64,000 bases of DNA from Macrostomum lignano (Eukaryota). Under the pieces are notes generated by a model, which worked only from the letters and a program-made list of their open reading frames with translations, was not told the origin of the DNA and ran no database searches. This document shows, in pieces, positions 38,997 through 53,135 of this stretch. The position numbers were made by a program, and so were the translations under genes. Numbering within the stretch: the stretch's first letter is position 1; each line of letters starts with the position of its first letter. The stretch lies in contig NIVC01000988.1 of assembly GCA_002269645.1 (NCBI GenBank), forward strand, positions 310,001-374,000. The letters are read 5' to 3'.

Positions 38997-39620
38997 GTGA
39001 CAGACATTGTCGAGCCCTACACGACTCCCGCTGTATCTGGTAGCTTCACCCCAGACATCACGCCGATCATCCTAGCGGCGCACATTGACAACTACGAGAT
39101 TCTGAGGATGCTGCTGGACCGCGGCGACCGGGTGCCTAAACCGCACGAGCTGCGCTGCGCTTGCGCCGACTGCGTTCGCGCCCAACGCGAGGACAGCCTG
39201 CGACATTCCAAATCGCGTATCAACGCCTATAAGGCTTTGGCGAGTCCCGCACTGATCTGCCTGTCAAGCAAGGATCCGATTTTGACAGCTTTCGAACTGA
39301 GCTGGGAGATGCGTCGCTTAGGCAGGCTAGAGAACGAGTTCAAATCGGAGTACGAGTCCTTGTCGGTGCAGTGTCAGAACTATGCGACCGCTCTGTTGGA
39401 GCAGACGAGAAGCTCGCACGAGTTGGCCATCGTGCTCAATCATGAGGTTGGCCAGGGCGGAGCTAGAATTGCTTCAGTCTCGAGAGCCTCTGGCGGTGGC
39501 GGTGGTGGCGACAGCGGCGGCGGTGTTGTCTTCGGCGGAGAACCATCGGATGAACTCGGCGAGGCGGAGCGGATGCACTTATCCCGACTAAAGCTAGCTA
39601 TCAAGTACAAGCAAAAGAAG
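38997..39620 (+). CDS. Trpgamma: TRPC channel exon 2
   Basis: ttttcag|GTG...AAG|gtaagg. [56 protein letters not shown]. Confidence 0.96.
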
Positions 39621-39696
39621 GTAAGGAATTGATATTGCTGCATAGATTTTGGTAGTGTATTGAACTCCAAACTACTTTAGAAACTGGAATGCACTT

Positions 39697-40330
39697 TCAA
39701 TGGCATCCTATTGAGCCCGGATGTTCTTGAGTTGAATGGCATCCTATTGAACCCGGATGTTCTTGAGTTGAATGGCATCCTATTGAACCCGAATGTTCTT
39801 GAGTTGAATGGCATCCTATTGAACCCGGATGTTCTTGAGTTGAATGGCATCCTATTGAACCCGGATGTTCTTGAGTTGAATGGCATCCTATTGAACCCGG
39901 ATGTTCTTGCGTTGAATGGCATCCTATTGAACCCGGATGTTCTTGCGTTGAATGACATCCTATTGAACCCGGATGTTCTTGAGTTGAATGGCATCCTATT
40001 GAACCCGGATGTTCTTGAGTTGAATGGCATCCTATTGAATCCGGATGTTCTTGAGTTGAATGGCATCCTATTGAATCCGGATGTTCTTGAGTTGAATGGC
40101 ATCCTATTGAACCCGGATGTTCTTGCGTTGAATGGCATCCTATTGAACCCGGATGTTCTTGAGTTGAATGGCATCCTATTGAACCCGGATGTTCTTGAGT
40201 TGAATGGCATCCTATTGAACCCGGATGTTCTTGAGTTGAATGGCATCCTATTGAACCCGGATGTTCTTGAGTTGAATGGCATCCTATTGAACCCGGATGT
40301 TCTTGAGTTGAATGGCATCCTATTGAACAC
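39697..40330 (+). repeat. 36-bp minisatellite (AATGGCATCCTATTGAACCCGGATGTTCTTGAGTTG)n, TRPC intron 2
   Basis: Direct inspection. Confidence 0.96.
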
Positions 40331-41097
40331 GGGTGCTTTTTACGTCAACTGATAATCTTTCTAAGACAATGTCAAAGGATACCTCACTAATTTCAAGCCC
40401 CAACTGCAAAGTCCAGAATTGATTACTTTCGATCAAAGATCTTCCCAAAGTTACATAAAAACACTATGTGCTTTTTGCTACACTCGAAGACAACTCATAT
40501 ATAGGATGAGAAGGAACTCAACCTCACCGTCGCTACATTCTGTTGGTGATCTGTTAATCAAATTTTCTAAAAATTGTATAGCTAAAAGCCAGATGAGATA
40601 GTTGCAAAGCGGTACATTTGTGAACGACCGCTTATAAAGCTCAGCTTTGGCAAAAAAAAACTGAAACGTTCAATTTCCAGGGCGTGGTCGAGAGTTAGCC
40701 GAATTGGTTTAGGATGGATTAATAGCAAAAAATAATCTGGATCCGTTTTCCGTTTATCCTGTATTTCGATCTTCTAGGTGTGGCCTTTGATCTTTGCTCT
40801 GCCGATTTTTCCTTTTTCGTGCGCCAATCATACTCATGCATCAAAGGGAATACAAAATGAAAGTGAAGTCCCACTCACTCAATGGCTTAACTGTGCTTGC
40901 CAATCACAGCAAGTTTTTCTATTTCTGATGGCAAAGAAACTGGACTGGATACTATTTTCTCCATTTTACTGGACGAGAAAAAAAATGTCATTGTTGCTAT
41001 TCTTTCTTTCGATTTACCCTATCCTTCCTTTAAGGTATCCTTACATCTCTTCTGGGGTGTGCTAACTTAAGTCTGAGTTGCTCTATCTCAGATGCAG

Positions 41098-41780
41098 TGT
41101 GCTATCGTTGAGGTGTTCTATCTTTCACGTGTTCTATCTTTCAGGTGTTCTATCTTTCAGGTGTTCTATCTTTCAAGTGTTCTATCTTTCACGTGTTCTA
41201 TCTTTCAGGTGTTCTATCTTTAAGGTGTTCTATCTTTCAGGTGTTCTATCTTTCAGGTGTTCTATCTTTCAGGTGTTCTATCTTTCAGGTGTTCTATCTT
41301 TCAGGTGTTCTATCTTTCAAGTGTTCTATCTTTCACGTGTTCTATCTTTCACGTGTTCTATCTATCAGGTGTTCTATCTTTCAGGTGTTCTATCTTTCAG
41401 GTGTTCTATCTTTCAGGTGTTCTATCTTTCAGGTGTTCTATCTTTCAGGTGTTCTATCTTTCAGGTGTTCTATCTTTCAGGTGTTCTATCTTTCAGGTGT
41501 TCTATCTTTCAGGTGTTCTATCTTTCAGGTGTTCTATCTTTCAGGTGTTCTATCTTTCAGGTGTTCTATCTTTCAGGTGTTCTATCTTTCAGGTGTTCTA
41601 TCTTTCAGGTGTTCTATCTTTCAAGTGTTCTATCTTTCAGGTGTTCTATCTTTCAGGTGTTCTATCTTTCAGGTGTTCTATCTTCGAAGTGTTCTATCTT
41701 TCAGGTGTTCTATCTTTCAGGTGTTCTATCTTTCAGGTGTTCTATCTTTCAGGAGTTCTATCTTCGAAGTGTTCTATCTC
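41098..41780 (+). repeat. 16-bp minisatellite (TGTTCTATCTTTCAGG)n, about 40 copies, TRPC intron 2
   Basis: Direct inspection. Confidence 0.96.
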
Positions 41781-41901
41781 TTCATTATCTTACATCTCTT
41801 ATGCATTTCTAATTTTCCTAAACTATCAATGTATTTCTCTTGCATTCCCTCAAAGTATTCAAGACTTGAATACCTGAAAATTTGACACTGTAAAATTGCA
41901 G

Positions 41902-42136
41902 TTCGTGGCGCATCCTCACTGCCAGCAGCTGCTCGCCGCCCTCTGGTACGACGGCCTGCCCGGATTTCGTCGAAAGCACATGGTGTTCCAGATCGGAATG
42001 ATTGGCACCTTTGCCGGCATATTTCCTGTGCTGGCCATGTTCTACCTACTGGCGCCCCGGTCCAGCCTGGGTCAGAAAATTCGGAAACCGTTTATTAAGT
42101 TTATCTGTCACAGCGCATCTTACCTGCTGTTTCTGG
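41902..42136 (+). CDS. Trpgamma: TRPC channel exon 3
   Basis: ttgcag|TTC...CTGG|gtgagc. [11 protein letters not shown]...[11 protein letters not shown]...[17 protein letters not shown]. Confidence 0.96.
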
Positions 42137-42189
42137 GTGAGCTTAAAGACTGAGATTTAACGACAAAAAATAATAATAAAAAGACACAC

Positions 42190-42480
<291 letters not shown>

Positions 42481-42489
42481 CTCTTACGA

Positions 42490-45400
42490 CTGTCTGTGTG
42501 TTTAGCGGGACCTGAGTTATGTTAATGCGTTACGTGGACCACGCAATTCCGGTTAAAAAATAGAGTCTGTTTTGACAACGCGAAAGGCTAGCTAGGGTTA
42601 TCTTTTTGTTAACTTGACGGAATAGCCAGTTCGGGGAAACTGTGGTGGTTCACTAACTACGTTTTGGGGACCGGGTTAGGTGGACCGCAAAAAAACAGTT
42701 GGTTTAGTTAGACCTCTTTCGTTGTAGAAAATTTATTGCTTTAAACTGTTCTTTTGAACTATTAAAACAGAAATTCTCAAAAAGAACAGATAAAAGGGTT
42801 ACGACGTCATTTAATGAAAATATCCCAAGTTCAAACCAATTTATTTAGCATTACTAATCGGGTTAATCGGGTTAAACAAATGTACGATCGCATTAGTTAG
42901 TTGCGTCGCGTGAATACAAGAAGGTGAATGAAAATAAAGCATTTTGAAAATAAATACAGAATCATATCAAATACTAACTGTAAACTCATTAAAACTAATT
43001 TAGGTCAAAATGTATGCTTCAAATACATGTTAACAAACGTAAGATTCCATTAGTTAAAAAGGTCATCCGAGTACGAGCCTACAAGAAGTTGAAGGGCATT
43101 TTTAATAACGACAAAAGTTACTAAAACTGAAATTAAATTGATTTGACTACATCAGTCCTATTATACTGAATGAGTTGGTGAGCAATCATATGATAAGCCA
43201 ATCATTTTACCGACTTTCATCTTTTCGTTCACGCAGATGATGGATTAATCTTCTTATTTTTTCTACGAAATATTCTCCTGGACCTTCCCTGCCTCCGTGG
43301 TCCGGGACCGCTTCTGTTATTGATCTGTCATTGCCTCTCTCACGAATTTCAGCTTACTCAGCCATCGAATCCACTTTCGTCAGCTCAGCTTCTTTTACAG
43401 TTCGTTTTAACCTTCATCTCGGTGAAACGCAGTCAGTCTCGTCGAGCTCAGGCGAACAAAATCAACCACAGGCTCCTACAAAGGTAGAAAATAAAATTAA
43501 CTGACAATCAAACAGACACAGAAATCTGTTCCAGTTGTGTCTGTAGGTTATGTGGACCACCTCAGACCCAGAGCCTCAAACAGACAGAGAAATCTGTTCG
43601 AGTTGTGTCTGTAGGTGAGGTGAACCACCTTCTGAGAGCCTAAGCCTCAAACAGACTTAGAGAGCTGCTTCAGTTGTGTCTATAGGTTATGTGGACCACC
43701 TAAGAGCCAGAGCCTCAAACAGACAGAGAAATCTGTTCGAGTTGTGTCTGTAGGTTAGGTGGACCAGCTACTGAGAGCCAAAGCCTCAAACAGACTGAGA
43801 GAGCTGCTTCAGTTGTGTCTGTAGGTTATGTGGACCACCTAAGAGCCAGAGCCTCAAACAGACAGAGAAATCTGTTCGAGTTGTGTCTGTAGGTTAGGTG
43901 GACCACCTAAGAGCCAGAGCCTCAAACAGACAGAGAAATCTGTTCGAGTTGTGTCTGTAGGTTAGGTGGACCAGCTACTCCAAAGCACTTCTAGGCGATA
44001 GTCTGAGCCAGGAATCTCCGAGAGACTTTCGTTACACATCCAGATGTTCTGCCTTGATGCTGGACTAGCTCACTTTCTAGGAATCTGTTCTGATTGCATT
44101 CTAACAAACTGAAGCATTCTCGGCACTAAACTTTCTCGGCGGCTCTGAGATCCAGAGCCTCAAACAGACAGAAATCTGTTCGAGTTGTGTCTGTAGGTTA
44201 GGTGGACCAGCTACTCCACAGCACTTCTAGGCGATAATCTGAGCCAGGAGTCTCCGAGAGACTTTCGTTACACATCCAGATGTTCTGCCTTGATGCTGGA
44301 CTAGCTCACTTTCTAGGAATCTGTTCTGATTGCATTCTAACAAACTGAAGCATTTTCTGCACTAAACTTTCTCGGCGGCTCTGAGAGCCAGAGCCTAAAC
44401 AGACAGAGAAATCTGTTCGAGTTGTGTCTGTAGGTTAGGTGGACCAGCTACTCCACAGCACTTCTAGGCGATAATCTGAGCCAGGAGTCTCCGAGAGACT
44501 TTCGTTACACATCCAGATGTTCTGCCTTGATGCTGGACTGGCTCACTTTCTAGGAATCTGTTCTGATTGCATTCTAACAAACTGAAGCATTCTCGGCACT
44601 AAACTTTCTCGGCGGCTCTGAGAGCCAGAGCCTCAAACAGACAGAGAAATCTGTTCGAGTTGTGTCTGTAGGTTAGGTGGACCAGCTATTCTACAGCACT
44701 TCTAGGCGATAATCTGAGCCAGGAATCTCCGAGAGCCTCTCGTTACACATCCAGATGTTCTGCCTTGATGCTGGACTAGCTCACTTTCTAGGAATCTGTT
44801 CTGATTGCATTCTAACAAACTGAAGCATTCTCGGCACTAAACTTTCTCGGCGGCTCTGAGAGCCAGAGCCTCAAACAGACAGAGAAATCTGTTCGAGTTG
44901 TGTCTGTAGGTTAGGTGGACCAGCTACTCCACAGCACTTCTAAGCGATAATCTGAGCCAGGAGTCTCCGAGAGATTTTCGTTACACATCCAGATGTTCTG
45001 CCTTGATGCTGGACTAGCTCACTTTCTAGGAATCTGTTCTGATTGCATTCTAACAAACTGAAGCATTTTCTGCACTAAACTTTCTCGGCGGCTCTGAGAG
45101 CCAGAGCCTAAACAGACAGAGAAATCTGTTCGAGTTGTGTCTGTAGGTTAGGTGGACCACCTTCTGAGAGCCAAAGCCTCAAACAGACTGAGAGAGCTGC
45201 TTCAGTTGTGTCTGTAGGTTATGAGGACCACCTAAGAGCCAGAGCCTCAAACAGACAGAGAAATCTGTTCGAGTTGTGTCTGTAGGTTAGGTGGACCAGC
45301 TACTCCACAGCACTTCTAGGCGATAATCTGAGCCAGGAGTCTCCGAGAGACTTTCGTTACACATCCAGATGTTCTGCCTTGATGCTGGACTAGCTCACTT

Positions 45401-48400
45401 TCTAGGAATCTGTTCTGATTGCATTCTAACAAACTGAAGCATTTTCTGCACTAAACTTTCTCGGCGGCTCTGAGAGCCAGAGCCTAAACAGACAGAGAAA
45501 TCTGTTCGAGTTGTGTCTGTAGGTTAGGTGGACCAGCTACTCCACAGCACTTCTAGGCGATAATCTGAGCCAGGAGTCTCCGAGAGACTTTCGTTACACA
45601 TCCAGATGTTCTGCCTCGATGCTGGACTAGCTCACTTTCTAGGAATCTGTTCTGATTGCATTCTAACAAACTGAAGCATTCTCGGCACTAAACTTTCTCG
45701 GCGGCTCTGAGAGCCAGAGCCTCAAACAGACAGAGAAATCTGTTCGAGTTGTGTCTGTAGGTTAGGTGGACCAGCTACTGAGAGCCAAAGCCTCAAACAG
45801 ACTGAGAGAGCTGCTTCAGTTGTGTCTGTAGGTTATGTGGACCACCTAAGAGCCAGAGCCCTAAACAGACAGAGAAATCTGTTCGAGTTGTGTCTGTAGG
45901 TTAGGTGGACCAGCTACTCCACAGCACTTCTAGGCGATAATCTGAGCCAGGAATCTCCGAGAGCCTCTCGTTACACATCCAGATGTTCTACCTCGATGCT
46001 GGACTAGCTCACTTTCTAGGAATATGTTCTGATTGCATTCTAACAAACTGAAGCATTCTCGGCACTAAACTTTCTCGGCGGCTCTGAGAGCCAGAGCCTA
46101 AATAGACAGAGAAATCTGTTCGAGTTGTGTCTGTAGGTTAGGTGGACCACCTTCTGAGAGCCAAAGCCTCAAACAGACTGAGAGAGCTGCTTCAGTTGTG
46201 TCTGTAGGTTATGAGGACCACCTAAGAGCCAGAGCCTCAAACAGACAGAGAAATCTGTTCGAGTTGTGTCTGTAGGTTAGGTGGACCAGCTACTCCACAG
46301 CACTTCTAGGCGATAATCTGAGCCAGGAGTCTCCGAGAGACTTTCGTTACACATCCAGATGTTCTGCCTTGATGCTGGACTAGCTCACTTTCTAGGAATC
46401 TGTTCTGATTGCATTCTAACAAACTGAAGCATTCTCGGCACTAAACTTTCTCGGCGGCTCTGAGAGCCAGAGCCTCAAACAGACAGAGAAATCTGTTCGA
46501 GTTGTGTCTGTAGGTTAGGTGGACCAGCTACTCCAAAGCACTTCTAGGCGATAATCTGAGCCAGGAATCTCCGAGAGCCTCTCGTTACACATCCAGATGT
46601 TCTGCCTTGATGCTGGACTAGCTCACTTTCTAGGAATCTGTTCTGATTGCATTCTAACAAACTGAAGCATTCTCGGCACTAAACTTTCTCGGCGGCTCTG
46701 AGAGCCAGAGCCTCAAACAGACAGAGAAATCTGTGTCGAGTTGTGTCTGTAGGTTAGGTGGACCAGCTACTGAGAGCCAAAGCCTCAAACAGACTGAGAG
46801 AGCTGCTTCAGTTGTGTCTGTAGGTTATGTGGACCACCTAAGAGCCAGAGCCCTAAACAGACAGAGAAATCTGTTCGAGTTGTGTCTGTAGGTTAGGTGG
46901 ACCAGCTACTCCACAGCACTTCTAGGCGATAATCTGAGCCAGGAATCTCCGAGAGCCTCTCGTTACACATCCAGATGTTCTACCTCGATGCTGGACTAGC
47001 TCACTTTCTAGGAATATGTTCTGATTGCATTCTAACAAACTGAAGCATTCTCGGCACTAAACTTTCTCGGCGGCTCTGAGAGCCAGAGCCTCAAACAGAC
47101 AGAGAAATCTGTTCGAGTTGTGTCTGTAGGTTAGGTGGACCACCTTCTGAGAGCCAAAGCCTCAAACAGACTGAGAGAGCTGATTCAGTTGTGTCTGTAG
47201 GTTAGGTGGACCAGCTTCTCTACAGCAATTGAGTTGCAGGCCTTGCAGCTAGCTACTTTGAGATCATCAAACGAAACTCACTTTTCTGGACTCGGTGTCG
47301 ACGGATTTGCGAGCAGACTGATGATTTTCACCAGGCGATGCGGCTTCTTCGATTTCGCAGTGGCTTTTTGCGACTGTGTTTTTTTAGTTTTTATTTTAGG
47401 CTTGGCGTCCTTTTTTGCGGGTCATCATATCTTGGTTGTAGATTACAGTTTTTGGCACAATAAATTTATATATGGATGAAACTTGGAGTAAGGATTAACA
47501 TTAGACCTATTAAGTATAAAAAAACCGTTCTAATCTATACAATTGCAATCCTTTAGAGTTGTATAGTATGGATTATAAGTACTTTCTTTTAAACTGTCTG
47601 TGTCTGGTCTCACTACGCCATGGTTTACGTGGACCACCCGCTTAGACATTATATATCCCTCTCTCCACTGTCTTACCTTCAGAACGCTTGCGGGTTTCCT
47701 ATTGGCTGCGGTCGGTCCCATTGTTGGGGTGGATCTATCCTCCTAAGTGTTAACCAGCCAAATATAGAAAGGGAGGTCTGTCTGTCTGTCTGTTCCAACC
47801 CTATACTCCTGCACATGTGTTTACGAGGACCAAACAGACAGTGAGTGTTAGGCTGACTGTTAATGCGTTCTTAGTTTTACTGGGACCGCAATCAAGACCC
47901 GATCGCTAGCTAAAAGGCCCTTCTTAATTGCGTCCTCTTGATCAAATCTTTTGCATGTACATGTATGAATTGTCCTTTTCAATTAGGTAAATTGCATCTT
48001 CAACTTTGCACTTGAAAGGCTGCAGCTTAGGATCTTCTTCTTCCAACATTGGAGGAGGATAGAACAGGATATCCCATAGTGTTTAGGATAGAATTGGCAA
48101 GCACTTAATTCATGAAGTTGCTATTTTCTTCTTGTGTAATGGTAGAGCCTCAGAAATTCGCATTTACACAGTGTGGCTATCAAGGACCACTGGGAGTTCT
48201 TGAGAAGTCATTGAAGAATACTATTTAAGCTTCACTTAAATATCTTTCTTGTCTCGGAGTCTTTATCGTTTGATCTGGTTAGCGAATTGGATTTCTTTAC
48301 GTTGGTGTCTTACTCTGTGAGTCTGTGCTCAGAGTACGATACCGGAATTGCTGGAACTGAGCTAATTAAATGGAGTTTAAAGTTTACTGTATCAAATTCA

Positions 48401-48944
48401 TTTCGCATACGAGGTTTCAGAATTTTTAATTAACCTGCGCACCTACTTGAATGTCAAAGAACTGAACGCATATTGTTTTAAAGCCAGTAGCGGTCATAAT
48501 ATGATGCCAACATAGCCCTTTGTTCGTAAGGTAATGATCTGTAAAAAATTCAGTTTTGCATCGAATCTATGCTTAATAACTGCTATACACAAACAGACAC
48601 AAACAGACACAAACAGACACAAACAGACACAAACAGACGATTTTCGAAAAATTTTCTAAAATTTTTCGGTTTACGTGGACCAGACTCGCTCGGTTTAGGT
48701 AGACCAGGCTGGAGGTCCAGCTAAACTGAAATGCAAATAACTTTGGAAAAATCCATGCTAGACATCCCAAAATTGCTTAAGCCTTTCTTGACCCGCCTGA
48801 CATTAATGTGAGATCCTCATCAACGTCTTAACCCCACCAGAGACAAAATTATTTGGTGGTCCACCTAAGTGGTCTACCTACACCGGTTGGTCCAGCTAAC
48901 GAGGCTACTGAACTTCCAAAAAGTCCACGTAAACACACAGACAG
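42490..48944. mobile_element. Putative TIR-bounded non-autonomous element inserted in a (GACA)n tract
   Basis: Left CTGTCTGTGTGTTTAGCGGGAC versus right GTCCACGTAAACACACAGACAG (19 of 22 inverted match). GTGGACCA motifs occur near both ends and in the internal satellite. No TSD found. Confidence 0.45.
43500..47215 (+). repeat. Composite satellite: about 238-bp units interspersed with about 62-bp subunits (GAGCCAGAGCCTCAAACAGACAGAGAAATCTGTTCGAGTTGTGTCTGTAGGTTAGGTGGACCA)
   Basis: Direct inspection; unit spacing measured at 44385, 44622 and 44860. Confidence 0.93.
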
Positions 48945-48948
48945 TAGA

Positions 48949-49922
<974 letters not shown>

Positions 49923-49945
49923 ACGTTCAGTCCCTAAATTTTCAG

Positions 49946-50068
49946 GCTTTCTTGTGCTGGCGGCGATTCGCATTGAGGACATTCTGATGAACACGCTGGA
50001 ACAGAAGTTGCAAGAGCGAGGTCCCGAGCCGTCAATTGTGGAATGGATCATTGTAGTCTATGTGATGG
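49946..50068 (+). CDS. Trpgamma: TRPC channel exon 4 (absent from the ORF track)
   Basis: ttttcag|GC TTT...ATG G|gtgcgt, phase 1/1. [11 protein letters not shown]...[19 protein letters not shown]. Confidence 0.93.
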
Positions 50069-50232
50069 GTGCGTCTGTCGTGAGGGACATATTTGTATAT
50101 ATATTGTAGTTAAAAGCTGTTGTAAAAGCAAAAATTTTATTGGAAGCCTAAAGGACACCTGCAATATTTGATGTCTTGTTTACTGTCCCAACGTCTTCGT
50201 GGATGTTCCGGTCTCTTAGTGGGTGTACGTGT

Positions 50233-50797
50233 ATCTTGGTTGGCGCCCCTGTCTCTTGGTTGGCGCCCCTGTCTCTTGGTTGGCGCCCCTGTCTCTTGGT
50301 TGGCGCCCCTGTCTCTTGGTTGGCACCCCTGTCTCTTGGTTGGCGCCTCTGTCTCTTGGTTGGCGCCCCTGTCTCTTGGTTGGCACCCCTGTCTCTTGGT
50401 TGGCGCCCCTGTCTCTTGGTTGGCACCCCTGTCTCTTGGTTGGCGCCCCTGTCTCTTGGTTGGCGCCCCTGTCTCTTGGTTGGCACCCCTGTCTCTTGGT
50501 TGGCGCCCCTGTCTCTTGGTTGGCGCCCCTGTCTCTTGGTTGGCACCCCTGTCTCTTGCGCCCCTGTCTCTTGGTTGGCACCCCTGTCTCTTGGTGGGCA
50601 CCCCTGTCTCTTGGTTGGCGCCCCTGTCTCTTGGTGGGTGTCCCTGTCTCTTGGTTGGCGCCCCTGTCTCTTGGTTGGCACCCCTGTCTCTTGGTGGGTG
50701 TCCCTGTCTCTTGGTGGGTGTCCCTGTCTCTTGGTTGGCGCCCTTGTCTTTTGGTTGGCGCCCCTGTCTCTTGGTTGGCGGCCCTGTCTCTTGGTTG
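50233..50797 (+). repeat. 20-bp minisatellite (TTGGTTGGCGCCCCTGTCTC)n
   Basis: Direct inspection. Confidence 0.96.
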
Positions 50798-51756
50798 CGC
50801 CTATAACGAAAACATCACTGCTTTTAGTAAAAAACGCAAGTACATTTCTGACGCAGGATAATAGGAAAACGATACCAAGTGATGGAAAGCTCCCATAAAA
50901 AATTAATTTAGGATATCTGTCAGCCTTATGATATACATGTATGATCTCAGCAGATGGCATCAGTAATTCTGCTATTCCATATGAAAGCAAATGACTCTGC
51001 CTCGAAAATAGTGATTGGAAAGTCACGGGAGCAGAGCGCAGAGTCAGCTATAGATAAAGATGGTAAGCAGGCCACAGGTGGAGGCTGTGCCGAGGTAACC
51101 TTACCCCATGCTTTTGCGCGAATGCTTTCAGACTGCAAGGTAAAAAAAACACGGAAGCAGCAGGAGCAAATTTTAATGCACGCCCGAAACATCGATTCGC
51201 CTTTCAGTCGAGTCTTTTATCGACATCTTTCTGCGCTTGAATAATTCAGTCATGAGGTTGACATCAGGCTTTTTGACCCGCAGTATTTTCAAAGCCGCTG
51301 CTGTAGACATGAGGAGCAGCAAGCATAAAAGCGAATCGCCGGCTTGCTTGTTTAGGAAATGCATCCCAAATCTCATGCTAGAATCGACTCCCCGGCTTTC
51401 GACAGCTAAGCAGACGAGTCACGACAGGGGGAGCAGCTGCGGGCTTGTTCTGAGCCTTGGGCCGAATTCACGAAATGCCAGATTATTTGCCGTATGGGGG
51501 ATTCTGACTGGGGGATTTTCGCTTGAAAGGGAAGAGGGATTTGAAAATGCTGGACTTAATTAAACCCTGTGGCTGCAAGAACCTGGGCGTGGCTTCGGCT
51601 GTCTTTTAAAACAGTCAGCCTCACTAACTCATCCGTGACCCCTCGTCTCGTTGTTCATGCTCTGCCTGCAACAGCTTATCGATGGCATGCTTTCTGATTA
51701 ATTAATTTCATAATGTTCATTGTGACAAGTCAACTATGAATCTCTTACTACTGCAG

Positions 51757-51896
51757 GCTTTGTATGGCAGGAGGTGAAACAGCTGTGGAGCGAAGGTGCC
51801 AAGGCGTACGTGACAGACATGTGGAACTTGCTGGATTTCGCTACCAACTCTTTGTACATCGCAACCATCACGTTGCGGGGAGTGGCCTGGTATCTG
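51757..51896 (+). CDS. Trpgamma: TRPC channel exon 5
   Basis: ctgcag|GC TTT GTA TGG...CTG|gtgcgt. FVWQEVKQLWSEG...WNLLDFATNSLYIATITLR. Confidence 0.95.
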
Positions 51897-51981
51897 GTGC
51901 GTGCTGCTAAAGTTTTTGTCAAACCATAAAATGCGGGTAGATGCTGTCCCGTGGGATCGTCGAACGGTTGTTGGGAAGACT

Positions 51982-52641
51982 GGGACTGAGACATTACAGT
52001 AGACTGAGACTGAGACACTATAGTAGACTGGGACTGAGATACTACAGTAGATTGGGACTGAGACACTACAGTAGATTGGGACTGAGACACTACCGTAGAT
52101 TGGGACTGAGATACTACAGTAGATTGGGACTGAGACACTACAGCAGACTGGGACTGAGACACTACCGTAGATTGGGACTGAGATACTACAGTAGACTGAG
52201 ACTGAGACACTACAGTAGACTGAGACTGAGACACTACAGTAGATTGGGACTGAGATACTACAGTAGATTGGGACTGAGAAACTACAGTAGACTGAGACTG
52301 AGACACTACAGTAGACTGAGACTGAGACACTACAGTAGATTGGGACTGAGACACTACAGTAGATTGGGACTGAGACACTACCGTAGATTGGGACTGAGAT
52401 ACTACAGTAGATTGGGACTGAGACACTACAGTAGACTGGGACTGAGACACTACCGTAGATTGGGACTGAGATACTACAGTAGACTGAGACTGCTACACTA
52501 CAGTAGATTGGGACTGAGACACTACAGTAGATTGGGACTGAGACACTACAGTAGATTGGGACTGAGACACTACAGTAGATTGGGACTGAGACACTACAGT
52601 AGATTGGGACTGAGACACTACAGTAGATTGGGACTGAGACT
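51982..52641 (+). repeat. 24-bp minisatellite (GGGACTGAGACACTACAGTAGATT)n
   Basis: Direct inspection. Confidence 0.95.
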
Positions 52642-52670
52642 ATCATGACAATCATATCATTGATCACCAG

Positions 52671-53044
52671 GTGCGCCTGGGAAGCGGTATGAAGAATGTC
52701 CACCGCGAGAACTGGGACGCTTACGATCCAACGCTGATATCCGAGTGCCTGTTCGCCACGGCCAACATCTTCTCGATGCTGAAGCTGGTGTACATATTCA
52801 CTGTCAATCCGCACTTAGGACCGTTGCAAATCTCTCTCGGACGAATGCTGTCCGACATTCTCAAATTCCTGTTTGTGGTTGTTCTAGTACTAGTCAGCTT
52901 TGCCTGCGGCTTCAACCAGCTCTACTGGTTCTACGCGTACGAGAGGAATAAATATTGTCAGGATAATCGCTTTTATTTCGGCATCACTGGTGACGCTTTG
53001 GACAAATATCAGTATTGCGTAACCAGGGGCAGAACCTTCTCCAA
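52671..53044 (+). CDS. Trpgamma: TRPC channel exon 6 (S4-S5)
   Basis: caccag|GTG...TCCAA|gtgagt. [25 protein letters not shown]...[18 protein letters not shown]...[12 protein letters not shown]. Confidence 0.96.
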
Positions 53045-53135
53045 GTGAGTAATAGTCCTAATTGATGGACTGGCTGATTTAAGCCTGCATTTTGGGCCTC
53101 AACTTTCCAATTGGCTGGTATGAATTTATGGCACC

